Below the pieces are notes generated by a model. It worked only from the letters and a program-made list of their open reading frames with translations. It ran no database searches and was not told where the DNA came from. 64,000 nucleotides of DNA from Antedon mediterranea (taxonomy: Eukaryota; Animalia; Echinodermata), in assembly GCF_964355755.1 (NCBI RefSeq), contig NC_092670.1, forward strand, positions 17,284,795 to 17,348,794, read 5' to 3'. A program made the translations under genes and the position numbers. This document shows, in pieces, positions 32,901 to 44,991 of the stretch (positions within the stretch are counted from its first letter, which is position 1; each line of letters starts with the position of its first letter).

Positions 32901-35900
32901 CCGAATTTATGTACTATTTGTGAGGTTTTGGTCTGTAATCAACAAATCTACACCAGAATAGTTGTTTTTGACAGCTCATGTTGTTAATTACAATTTGTGA
33001 CTACTGTACTACATGAACAAAACTATATTTTACTTTTCTGAATTTTTTTTAATGACAGAACATAAAATCTAAGAAGTATGGATCAACTGATGCATTCCTT
33101 GCAGATGCCAAGTGGATTTTACACAATTGTATCATATACAATGGATGTACGTTCATATTCAACATTATGGAATTAATTACAAAAACTGTTTAGTTTAACC
33201 ACTGAACTGTAATATGATGTTCATATTCAATATATTTTTTATTTCAGCCAATCACAAACTTACGAATAATGCTAAGATGATTATAAAAATCTGTAAACAT
33301 GAGGTGAGACTATTTCTATTGTCAGTTTACTGCTAAATATGTATATGAATGCGACAGGACATTTTTTTAACTTATAAGAAGCAAACTCATCATTTTTTAA
33401 ATCATTTATCTTATAGATGAGCGAGATTGAAGTGTGTGAAGATTGTTATTTATCATCTTGTATTAAACGTGAAAACTGGTTTTGTGAACCTTGTGTAAGT
33501 GTCTGTCATATCAGGTTTTGGATTCTATTTTTTTTTTTTGTATTTTGTATTAATATTTGTCCTCAGTGAGGAAATTCGGATTAGGCCCACCACGGACCCA
33601 CGGCAGCCAGCAGTGCAGCGCCTACCAGATTAGGCAATGAGAGTAGAGCATCTTGCCTAAGGATGCAATTAGTATGGTACAGATAACCTCGAACCCATGC
33701 CTATCACATGCTAGTCCGATATTACCATTACACCATCACTCTCCAGTATATACAGCACCCGCCACGACTAGACGGTCTCCCATCCAGAACGCAACCGGGC
33801 CCAACGTTGCTTAACTTCGGTGATCTGACGAGAACCGGTGTTTCAATGCAGTATGGCCGTATATTCTACATGATAAATATGGTCAAGATTACCTATTCCT
33901 AGTTTAATTCCACCAATCAACAACCCTAAGCACCTTCTTAGAAATTCCAAATATTGATTATGCTTTTTAATCACCCAATCACCCAAGTATTTTATTTACT
34001 GTTAAATGTACACAAATTATACAAGTATATATGATTTTTTTTTCTGTTTATTATTTTATTAATATGGATGATTTTTCTGAAATGAAGAGAAATTAAATTG
34101 AATATATAGCTTTAAGTGACACTGATTATTTTTAAAGTATGTTGATGATACTTTGTTCAATAAATATTGTGGTTATTTTCACTTATATTGTATTTTGACA
34201 GAGAGAGCCTCATCCCTTGGTATGGGCACGATTGCAGGGCTTTCCATTCTGGCCAGCAAAGGTATTTTATTTATTTTTCGATACCATACATTGTACAAAG
34301 AATAACAAGCACAGACAAAATACAGCAACAATACTAAAGCCCTGTCTACATTATCAAAACGTATGTGACAAAAAATGTGATATGCCCTTATATGGACATG
34401 ATGATGTCATATCACTACCACATTTAAGCATACCACTACCATATTTGAGACAGGGCTTAAGCATTAGCATGGTACCACCACCACCATAGTCCTTTAAATC
34501 CCCATCCTATAGGCCTCTCCTATATACAGTTGTAGGCCAGATCATGTAAAGTTTAAAGCTCTATAACTTTTATTTTATATTTTATATACAACTTTTAATT
34601 ACTTTTTGTACAGGCTTTGCAAACTAAGAAGGGTCAAGTAGATGTAAGATTCTTTGGTCAACATGATAGGTAAATGTACTTTCATGTTTTTAAATATTTA
34701 TCACCCAATGTACAGCCATAAGATTCCAAGATCCTAAGCAACAACATTTGGAAATTGTACATGTAAAAATATACTGTATAAAAAAATGTGTTTTTATTTT
34801 TAACTTTAGGGCTTGGGTACCAGTGGCAAACTGTTACAAGATATCAGAGGAAATACCATGTCCAGCCAAGAAAAAAACAAACGGGCTAAACAGTGCTATC
34901 ACAGAAATGACCCTTCATATTGAGAAAATACGAAAGAAATTTGGCAATTTTGAATATGCTCCTCACCGGACATCATATGATCCTAAAATTTCAAATTTAA
35001 AGAAAAACAACACATTCACTCAAAAATCTTCCAAAAGTAACAAGACAAATAGTATCTTCAGAAATACTCCAATTTTGTCCATCAAGAAAGAGCCTATGGA
35101 GGAATCCGATAAACTTATTATAGTTGATGAAGAAATCAGTTTAAAGTTGACAAAAACTGAATCTGAAGATCCAAATAAGAGACCAACTGATAATGGGAAA
35201 ATCAAACAAAAAGATATACAAAAGAAAAGTGACGAAAAGAAAGTAGGTCACATTGAAAGTACAAGTTCAAAAAGTATAGAGAAGGATGAAGTTATAAATA
35301 ATACAAAAATCTCTAATTCTGAGAAAGTTGACAGTTCTAAAGAAACAAATGACATTAAGGATACTAGAAAATCTGACAATACTAACAAAACAGAAGATGA
35401 AAAGGAAACAAATGACATTGAAAAAAGTACAGATATCACAAAAGGAAACAGTACTAAGGTTAAACAAAATGATAGCGACAATTTATCAACAGAAAAATGT
35501 AAATTGGTTGAAACCTTTAAAGAAGATGAAATAAAGCAGAAAAAACATGATCAAACTGAAGAGCCAAGAAATGAAGACATAAACAATGATAATCTGGTAT
35601 CTTCACCAGAACAGAATGATATGTCCACAATAAATGGACCCAATAAATCTGGAATTGAGTCCAATAAATCTGGAATTAAGTCCAATGAATCTGGAATTGA
35701 GTCAAATAAATCTGGAATTGAGTCTGGTAAATCGGGAATTGAGTTCGATAAATCAGAAATTGAGTTCGATAAATCAGAAATCAAACAAAGTACTACTATG
35801 TCATCTGAGAAAAAGTCTTTAGACGAAACAAAACTGGTTGAGGAAAACCAGAAAGAATCACAAAAGGATACCGTTGATAAAGTTACTGAAAATGTTGGAA

Positions 35901-38900
35901 AAGAAATTGAAAAGACTAGCAACAATGATGTTGAAATGAATGAAGGTACTGATGAAAGAGAAGAAAAGATGGAAACCTCAAATGATATTTCAGAATCAAA
36001 GAAAAATGATGATGAAACAAAAGTAAAGGATATTGAAGAAGAGAAGTTGGATAAAGAAGAGAAGTTGGATAAAGAAAAGAAGTTGGATAAAGAAGAAAGG
36101 TTGGATAAAGAAGAAAAGAATGGCGGCAGTAAACGTAATTCATTCATGGAAAAACTGGGTAAAACCATTGAATCTTGTAAAGCAATTCTTGGTTTGAAGG
36201 CAGAGGTTGAGGATAAAGAAGTGGAAATGCAGACAGAGTCTGAAAGTGAGGAAAGTGAAAGGGAATCTGATAGCTCTGATGAAGACATTGAAGAAATTGG
36301 ATATGAAGTAAGAAGAAAGAGAAGTTGCAGTTCTGAAGAACCTATGGAAGTCAGTAATGACTCAACTGAAAAAAATGGAAAGTGTTCACCAACAATTGAA
36401 GATAAACTTAAAGAAAGTTGTACAAATGAATCAAAGACACCTGAACAGGATAAGGTAACTGTAGACAAAGATGACAGTGTTTTCCAAGACAAAATTAATG
36501 GTGAAGATGAAAGTAAGGAAAATGAACAAAATAGTGTGGAACCTGATTTGGTCTTGCCAGAAACAAATAATGAGGTTGGCCCTGAAGTGGAAATTGTAGA
36601 AACAAAACGGAACAATGATAAAAAAGATGATAATCAAATGGAAATTGATAAAAAAGAGGATGAAAAGCAAAAGAGTTCTGAATCGATTGAAACACAAAAG
36701 AGTACAGAAAATGATTTAAAAATTGAATTGAATGAAAGTAAACAAGAAAGAAAATTAGAAAATGACGAAGTCTTTGACCATGTAAAAGATATAGTAGATT
36801 TAGTTAACCAACAAACACCAAGAAAAGGTGACTCTTGTAAAAACCAAGACAATAATGTTCTGTCAAAAATAGTTACTGAAGATGATGAAGATGAGCCAAA
36901 AACAAGCAAAAAACAGGGTAAACCGGAAAACTTTGGACAAATTGCAGCAAGGATTAGAAATTTCGACAAATATATTGGAAAGGTAGATATATTTTATATA
37001 TTTAACCTTATTTATAGAGAGTGACCCCAAACTGCGTATGCTAACAATCTTGATGAGTTGGGTGTATGACAGTTGCTGTGTGTATACTAGTACACCAAGG
37101 TAATGCCCTACTCGTCTCGAAAGATGTACCAGGTTCTTTAAAGCGCACATGAGCCAAATGTGTGTACTGGACCTACGGTTTATAGTCGTTCTACCACCAG
37201 AACCTAGTGAGGGTCAAACCCTTGCAGTGTCTTTTAAATTTTAATGTGTTTTTAGGAAAAAATACAGTACTGTAATTTCCATACTTGAGCACGAGGTAGT
37301 GCTAATTTTGTATGCACGCCAAACTAAAAACAAACTTCACATTATATTGATGAGATTCAAAAGGCTTGTTTTCAGCAGATAGATTTCAATAGATAGAACT
37401 ACAAAATACAACATTTTATTATTATTTATCAACATAATTTAGGTATCACATGTTGTAAAGGAGACATTAATTGAGATGTATTCTGAAGTGGCAGAGAACT
37501 CAGTAGAAGAAGAAACAAAGAAAGTCTTGAAAGGTTATCAAGAAGAAGTTGATTTCCTTAAGTGGAGACATACAAGAGAGTTGGAAGAATTTAAACATGT
37601 GGCAGGTATGTGGCGGATCTATGATTCTATTAAAAACGGGTCTATTGATAATCAATGTAAGACTAAAACATAGGAAAACAGTTCATTAAGAGTATCCAAT
37701 CACTTATACAATATCAAAATATCAAATTAAAACTTCTTATATAGCCCTGACAATATCTGAAATGAGGAGCACGTTTGATCATGATAAATCCAAAGCATTG
37801 GAAGCGCTGAAGAAACAGATGGAAACAGAGAAACAAAAAGAAGTTGAACTGACAAAAAAGAAACAATGGGTATGTTTACAGTACATTCTGATCCAAGTAG
37901 TATTAAAAACATTCTTTTTACAAACACAATACTCAAAATAGTCACATAGAATGTCCTTTGTTATATTTATACTTTCAATCTAATGAATGTTTATTCACAG
38001 TGCGCCAACTGTGTGAAAGAAGCTGTGTTTTATTGCTGTTGGAACACGAGTTACTGTGACTACCCATGTCAACAAAAACATTGGCCTGTTCACATGAGCA
38101 CATGCCAGCAATTGGGATCAGCAGATAATGCAGAGAAAAGCAACAAAGTAAGTTACTGTACAAAATGACAATACATATTCCAAACATTGAAGTACATACC
38201 ATCAGGTAGGATTCAATATCTCAACATTAAATAATTGATTGTACTGTTCAACTACTTTATACCATATTAACCATACACTATCACAATTCTATAAATAATA
38301 CAAAAAAGTGCAATATGCCCAAATATGGTATAATCATGGATGTTTACCTCCATGGTATGATGTCATCGTGTCATACACATCACATTTTTTTGTCTCAAAG
38401 TTTGATAGTGTAGGCAGGGCTTTAATAACAGTGTACATATAATATATGTATATCAATTTCAATACTAATGGATTGATATCCGTGTGTTTTCTAGCAACCT
38501 ATAATGCCAATCCAGTCATCCGTTATGAAGCCTACAGAGATTCATCCAAATGATGCTATGAGGTCAAACAATCAGGTAATCTACAATGGCAATGCCTAGG
38601 TCACAATTCAGGTCTAAGGTCAAACTAGGTTGCTATCAACATCATACAAATTAACTGATGACAAAACCAATAAATTCTATTGAATCCTAATCTTGAGGTG
38701 TTCATTGTAGTACAGTGGAACTTGCATTTTTTCTAGTACTACTGTGGTAAATGGTTTAATTTATGAGTTCTCCATATAGCACAAAAGTTGATGGTTTTGA
38801 ATAACACTTTATGGTCAGATCAGATGGCAGATCTAGAATTTTTAAAATGGTAAATTAATCATAATCATTTTATTTTCTACAGCAATTGACAAATCTACCA

Positions 38901-39185
38901 CATCCTGTACAGATTATACCATCAGCTTCGACCACTCAAAATAAGATGCAAACATTAATACGTTATGTACAAGCGCCACCAGGAGCTACTTTACAAACAG
39001 CACCGATTCAGAACCCATGTCTACCGCCCCCAAATCAAGCTGGATTGTACCGGTTGGAACCGGTACAGCAGTTTCCTGTTCTGCGGCCACAGAATCTTAT
39101 CAGAAGCATGGTTGGCCCACGTGGGCAACCGGTTATTTTAAGACCTAATATGTTGCATGTACCGAACATTAATCATAGATTATAA
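26998..39185 (+). CDS. ZMYND8: ZMYND8 / PRKCBP1 / RACK7 chromatin reader (PHD-bromo-PWWP-MYND), ~1352 aa
   Basis: Exons: 26998-27167, 30549-30613, 31155-31297, 31430-31573 (PHD: [25 protein letters not shown]), 32177-32290, 32576-32668 ([13 protein letters not shown]), 33059-33146 ([18 protein letters not shown]), 33248-33303, 33417-33494, 34202-34261 (PWWP: [14 protein letters not shown]), 34614-34669, 34810-36982, 37443-37605, 37745-37869, 38001-38147 (MYND: [29 protein letters not shown]), 38495-38575, 38883-39185. Total 4059 nt in frame. The first three and last two exons rest on splice and phase fit only. Confidence 0.92.
29701..29717 (+). CDS. ZMYND8: Candidate alternative first coding exon of ZMYND8 (MNEKK-R)
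   Basis: ACC ATG AAT GAG AAA AAA CG|GTAAGT: good Kozak context, consensus donor, and phase 2 matching the acceptor at 30549. Confidence 0.55.
31903..32093. mobile_element. Harbinger-like palindromic MITE in a ZMYND8 intron
   Basis: TTA|AGGGCCTTTCACACCTG...CAGGTGTGAAAGGCCCT|TTA; internal arms are also complementary. Confidence 0.85.
33528..33862 (-). mobile_element. Composite SINE: 5S rRNA-derived head, tRNA-like segment, body and LINE-like poly(A) tail
   Basis: The - strand of 33751-33862 reads TACGGCCATAC...GATCACCGAAGTTAAGCAACG...GGATGGGAGACC...CGGGTGCTGTA (5S-like). Then TGGTGTAATGG (A box) and GGTTCGAGG (B-box-like), then AATTTCCTCACTGAGGAC and an A-rich tail. ATTCTA flanks both ends. 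Confidence 0.85.
33751..33862 (-). pseudogene. 5S rRNA-derived sequence (SINE head, not a functional 5S gene)
   Basis: Nearly full-length 5S similarity with box A- and box C-like segments, but diverged and with no oligo-T terminator after it. Confidence 0.8.
35641..36117 (+). repeat. Coding tandem repeats in the large ZMYND8 exon: 21-bp (NKSGIES-type, ~7 copies) and 18-bp (EEKLDK, 4 copies)
   Basis: AATAAATCTGGAATTGAGTCC units at 35641-35785; GAAGAGAAGTTGGATAAA units at ~36038-36117. Confidence 0.9.
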
Positions 39186-39353
39186 TGCAAGTTGAAGATG
39201 AGAGCCTACAGTGCCATTCCAGTTTCTCTTGTCTAATCAGTCTCTGTGGAAATTTCAAGTTACAATAACAACATTTTAATGATTTTTAATGTATATTATA
39301 TATACTGGTCACAAATGTTCAAAGATTATTTCAAATCAACAGATATATATTTA

Positions 39354-39593
39354 CTGGATATCCTCTGGTATAATCTCATCCCCATAGAACACAAAATTTG
39401 GCCAACTATTGGGGGTAGGACTATTCTGGGGAAACCATGGTTTAGGAAAAAAATGATTACAAGCATTTCTTGTAAAAACTGAACTGGCTAGAGAGAGGCC
39501 TACAATACCTAGGGATATGCCTGTTTGTGAAATCAGACATAAAGTAGGGGGTGGGATTAGACCCAAAGTGGGATTATACCTGAGGATATACGG
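39354..39593. mobile_element. pogo/Tigger-like MITE inside the ZMYND8 3' UTR
   Basis: Imperfect TIRs ACTGGATATCCTCTGGTATAATCTC and GGGATTATACCTGAGGATATACGGC. Confidence 0.55.
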
Positions 39594-40564
39594 CATATAT
39601 TTATGAAAAGTTCAAACTACATGTTAAACTAAATTTTCAAAATATAAACAAAATCTTAAAGTTAAATGTTATAAATGCTTTACTCAAATCAGGATTCAAA
39701 TTTGTGACATTAATGTCGGGAATAAAAAAAACAATTATGTAAATATGTTTTCATAGTAAAAAGAAGCAAGATTAAGGATAAATGTGGTTAAATTATAAAA
39801 ATAACAAGAAGAATTTAAAAATTATTTAATGCACGTTTGTTAACCCGGACTTACAATCAAGTTTAATTGGGCCTAGACCTTGAAAATAGTAAATTGGAAT
39901 GTTAAATTGGATTATAGCTTTTGATAATATTTGAAAAAGAAATCACTCATGCAGTCTAAAGATTACTTTATAATAGTCCCATTATTTATTAATAAAATAT
40001 TACTACTGTACTGTATTATAGTATTCTCACTGAATATTCTAACCAGGCTTATTACCAGCCTTTATATTTTGTAATTCTTAATGCTAATCCCGAAGAATTT
40101 GTAGAAAATACACAAAACACTTCAATATTTAACCGTAATAAAAATGTTGTGTTAAATTAAACAATGAATATGATGTAAATATTTTTTAATTTGCTGGAAA
40201 AAAGCTGTAAATTAAGTTTTTTATTTATCAGGTGGATGTATATGTTTACAAGATCTTTGTACAGTTTGCATTATTTTTTTTTATAGTTAGAAGTAATGCG
40301 TTTCATTTTGCTCATTGAGAATTGCGATGTTTCTTTGTGAAATCTTCCAAACATAGCATTTCAAGTTTCATTATGGCAGTTCAATAAACAAAAATTGAAT
40401 TATTTCGTTTGTTGCATTATTTTGTTTACATTACTATACATAAATTGCCGACAGAGATCATGGTGACAATCTAAACTGGGTGATAGCTAAGGCTGGCAAG
40501 AAAAACAACATTTTTAGCTTTAAAGCAAAGCAGTGCTCCAGACAATTATGCAAATTGGTTAGGG

Positions 40565-42451
40565 TCATGCGGACTTATTGGTTACAGCCATGACCTTAGA
40601 AGACTTATTGGTTACAGTCATGTCTTGAGCAAACTTATTGGTGGCCATGTCCTGAGCAGACTTATTGGTTATGGCTATGTCCTGAGCAGACTTATTGGTT
40701 ACAGCCATGTTCTGAGCAGACTTATTGGTTATTGCCATGTCCTGAGCAGACTTATTGGTTACAGACATGTCCTGAGCAGACTTATTGGTTATGGCCATGT
40801 CCTGAGCAGACTTATTGGTTACAGCCATGTCCTGAGCAGACTTATTGGTTATGGCCATGACCTGAGCGGACTAATTGGTTATGGCCATGACCTGAGCAGA
40901 CTTATTGGTTACATCCATGTCCTGAGCAGACTTATTGGTTACGGCCATGCGGCTATAGGCCCTATTGGTTACAGACATGTCCTGAGTAGACTTATTGGTG
41001 GCCATGTCCTGAGCAGACTTATTGGTTATGGCTATGTCCTGAGCAGACTTATTGGCTATGGCCATGTCCTAAGCAGACTTATTGGTTATGGCCGTGTCCT
41101 CAGCAGACTTATTGGTTACAGCCATGTCCTGAGCAGACTTATTGGTTACAGCCATGACCTGAGCAGACTTATTGGTTACAGCCATGTCCTGAGCAGACTA
41201 ATTGGTTACAGTCATGTCTTGAGCAGACTTATTGGTGGCCATGTCCTGAGCAGACTTATTGGTTATGGCCATGTCCTAAGCAGACTTATTGGTTATGGCC
41301 GTGTCCTCAGCAGACTTATTGGTTACAGCCATGTCCTGAGCAGACTTATTGGTTACAGCCATGACCTGAGCAGACTTATTGGTTACAGCCATGTCCTGAG
41401 CAGACTAATTGGTTACAGTCATGTCTTGAGCAGACTTATTGGTGGCCATGTCCTGAGCAGACTTATTGGTTATGGCTATGTCCTGAGCAGACTTATTGGC
41501 TATGGCCATGTCCTGAGCAGACTTATTGGTTATGGCCGTGTCCTCAGCAGACTTATTGGTTACAGCCATGTCCTGAGCAGACTTATTGGTTACAGCCATG
41601 ACCTGAGCAGACTTATTGGTTACAGCCATGTCCTGAGCAGACTAATTGGTTACAGTCATGTCTTGAGCAGACTTATTGGTTACAGCCATGTCCTGAGCAG
41701 ACTTATTGGTTACAGCCATGTCCTGAGCAGACTTATTGGTTACATCCATGTCCTGGGCGGACTTATTGGTTACAGCCATGTCCTGAGCAGACTTATTGGT
41801 TATGGCCATGTCCTGAGCAGACTTATTGGTTATGGCCATGTCCTGAGCAGACTTATTGGTTATGGCCATGTCCTGAGCAGACTTATTGATTACAGCCATG
41901 TCCTGAGCAGACTTATGGTTACAGCCATGACCTGAGCGGACTTATTGGTTACAGCCATATGGTTATGGCCATGACCTGAGCGAACTTATTGGTTATGGCC
42001 ATGTTCTGAGCAGACTTTTTGATTACAGCCATGTCCTGAGCAGACTTGTTGGTTACAGACATGTCCTGAGCAGACTTATTGGTTACAGCCATATCCTGAG
42101 CTGACTTATTGGTTATGGCCATGACCTGAGCAGACTTATTGGTTACAGCCATGTCCTGAGCAGACTTATTGGTTATGGCCATGACCTGAGCAGACTTATT
42201 GGTTACAGACATGTCCTGAGCAGACTTATTGGTTACAGCCATAACCTGAGCAGACTTATTGGTAACGGCCATGTCCTGAGAAGACTTATTGGTTACAGCC
42301 ATAACCTGAGCAGACTTATTGGTAACGGCCATGTCCTGAGAAGACTTATTGGTTACAGCCATGTCCTGAGAAGACTTATTGGTTACAGCCATGACCTGAG
42401 CAGACTTATTGGTTACAGCCATGTCCTGAGCAGACTTATTGGTTGTGGCCA
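40565..42451. repeat. 30-bp minisatellite, ~63 units, consensus GCCATGTCCTGAGCAGACTTATTGGTTACA
   Basis: Directly visible tandem array with ACA/ATG variants and 27-bp deletion units. It generates the repetitive ORFs on both strands. Confidence 0.98.
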
Positions 42452-42510
42452 CAGCCTTGTTTCTGCCCGTTTAAATATACTATATTTGATAATTCCTACA
42501 TATAACTTTG

Positions 42511-43000
42511 TTGGTCAGATGTTTTGCCCTATTCTGACGTAATTTGTACTTTATAGTAAGTACATTATTTGAGAATACTTGCAAACAAATTTGCAAGTAG
42601 TTCTCGGGTGGGACTCCAACCCAAGACCTCCAGATAACTAGCCTGGCGTTTATACCTCTAGACCACCGAGCTGATGGCTAGTGGTTAGATTCGAGGCCAA
42701 GTAAGCAGCAGGTACTGCACCAACAGGATTGTAATTGTTTTTAAACTACTGTGGAGTTGCTTTGAGTCAGGGAGTTGTGTAATTGGTCAGATGTTTTACC
42801 CTACTCTGACGTAATTTGTACTTTATACTAAGTACATTTGAGAACACTTGCGAAAAAATGCGCAAGTAGTTCTCGGGTTGGATTCGAACCCACAACCTCC
42901 AGATCACTAGCCTGGCGTTTATACCTCTAGCCCACCGAGCTTCTGGTGATGGCTAGTGGTTAGATTCGTGCCCAAGTAAGCAGCGGGTACTGCACCAACA
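42511..43000 (-). mobile_element. Two tandem copies (~272-bp period) of a tRNA-derived repeat/SINE
   Basis: Copies start at 42511 and 42783. tRNA-like cores at 42601-42672 and 42870-42941 (-) have stem CCAGG/TCTGG around loop CT-AGT-GA (Thr-AGT-like) and B box GGTTCGAATCC in copy 2. The acceptor stem is only partly paired. Confidence 0.75.
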
Positions 43001-44991
43001 GAAGAATTGCAATGAATGAAACGAAAGACATAGGTTTCAGTGGTTTTTATTGGTCAGGTATGGTGTTCACTTGCGCTCCGTATCATATGTAACAATAGAC
43101 AAATACACAAAAGAAAACAAATAACACGTTGTGCTACAGGGATAAGCTTTCAATCAAGAAAAAATAGATAAAAAAATAGTTAAAATAAAGCTGATCAAGA
43201 CCACATTAATGCTTAATTTGCTGCTAAATTAAAACAAATTCTTAAAGAATTTTCAAAATTAATTCCAGAATTCAATTCATAATTATTTCTTTTAAGAAAT
43301 TAATGTATATAAATTTGTATAAAGGAAACACAATTAAGGAAATATATGTATTATCATATCATGCGAATAAAAGACAAGACGAATCATTAACATTATTATA
43401 TATCCATACATTACATTAAGAACTAAGTGTAAGAAGTAAACTAAACATCTTCTGTGAGATAAAGGGCTGTGCAAACACTAGGGTTGTTGCAGTGAATTTA
43501 ATACGTCTATAGAATCTGTAAATGAACAATCACATGATTACAACAAGCCATTTAGAAAACCTGAAAGGAAATTGTTTAAAAAATGATTGAAATGGGAAGG
43601 ACGGTGAATAAAAGTGTTGCATTTTCAAAAGTATTACATTCCATAAGAGTATTGCAAAACATTATACTTCCTACATTATATGGGATGTTATGGCTATATA
43701 TGGGCATACTATAGCAATATATGGACATAACATGTACATATATGGGCAATCAAGGTGTTCTGACCATATGTAGGAAAATTATTGCCAAATATGGACACAC
43801 TATGACCATATAAGTTCATTTTTATCACATTTATTGTTATTAGATATATAATAATTGAGCAATTTTAACAATGATGATAATGGTAAACAAAAACATTTGA
43901 AATTGTAATTAGACTATACATTTTCCATAAATTGCAAAAAAAGAGAAACAACTGTCGATATCAAATACTTGACCGCTTCTGTAAAGTGCCTTAGCTAATT
44001 CTACGTTCACCATATTTGGTCTCAATCCAGCAATCAAGTTCAAACTTGTCTCTTGTATTTTAGCATGTCTTTTGTCCAACAAATGAACATTGTGGAATTA
44101 AAATTTATTGAAGTTTGTTTTATAATTTGTTAAAAGTCTATAAATTGTTTTTATAAGTCAAACCCAAAAGACTGTTAGTACAGTACGGGTTAATGTATCA
44201 AGTAAACAAGCAATTTAGACACTTCTGGTCAAAATCGCTACCGTTTTCTTGGGTTCCATAGCAGTTTCAATCTTCCTCTGAAAATCAGTTTTACTTCACT
44301 TGCCATGATACTGTTGTCACATACAGCAGCACAAAACTAAGCATTTTTCGAAAGTTTCTCAGTGCCAACATGGTCAAATTTTTCCGATTTATCGTTTAAA
44401 ATGCTTAGGAATGGCAAACAAACGCTTTAATTTGTGTTGCAGTCATCAAAACAAACTTAAATGTTGATAATTCGTACACTTAACATGAATGCAACGATCT
44501 TGTTATACAAATATATTCCAGTAAAAACACTTGTAAAGTAAGCATTACTCATCACTGTTGTTGCAGGGTAAACAATATTTGGTTTCAACCGTTTTTCTTC
44601 ACAAACTTGATTTCAAAAAAAGAAAACGTTTCCTTAATTTAAACTAAATCCAGGTGTATTTCGTAGAGGATGCTAGCCACTCACAATTACTGTATATGAT
44701 TATAGTTGTTCTTCATCAACATTTGCAACAAGTATACATTATTAGTGCTCCTAGACACTTGTCTTAGAACCTCCATTCAAGGGCACTAATTAACCATAGT
44801 GCCTGTATTTCAATCAAGTTTATTAATGTATATCAGATTAGTTCCTCAAAGAGTATAATAGAGTGCATATATTAGGACACACAGACAGCTACAATATGGC
44901 GACACATTTATTCTAAGTCATCAAGCAAGGCTTGTTGGTATCTAATCAGGCTATCAATATATCGATGGTTGAGCGCAAGTACCTCTAGTGC

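Noticed and set aside
35551-36615. 354-aa S/L/F-rich minus-strand ORF
   Set aside because: Antisense shadow of the GAA/AAA-rich ZMYND8 exon.
40625-42452. 436-aa HVLSRLIGY-repeat ORF and antisense MAVTNKSAQD ORFs as protein genes; the array as CRISPR-like
   Set aside because: They are by-products of a stop-poor 30-bp unit, with no splice or promoter context. There are no unique spacers or cas genes, and the DNA is eukaryotic.
42870-42941. Functional tRNA-Thr(AGT) gene
   Set aside because: The acceptor stem is incomplete, the D arm is poor, and it sits in a duplicated repeat unit.
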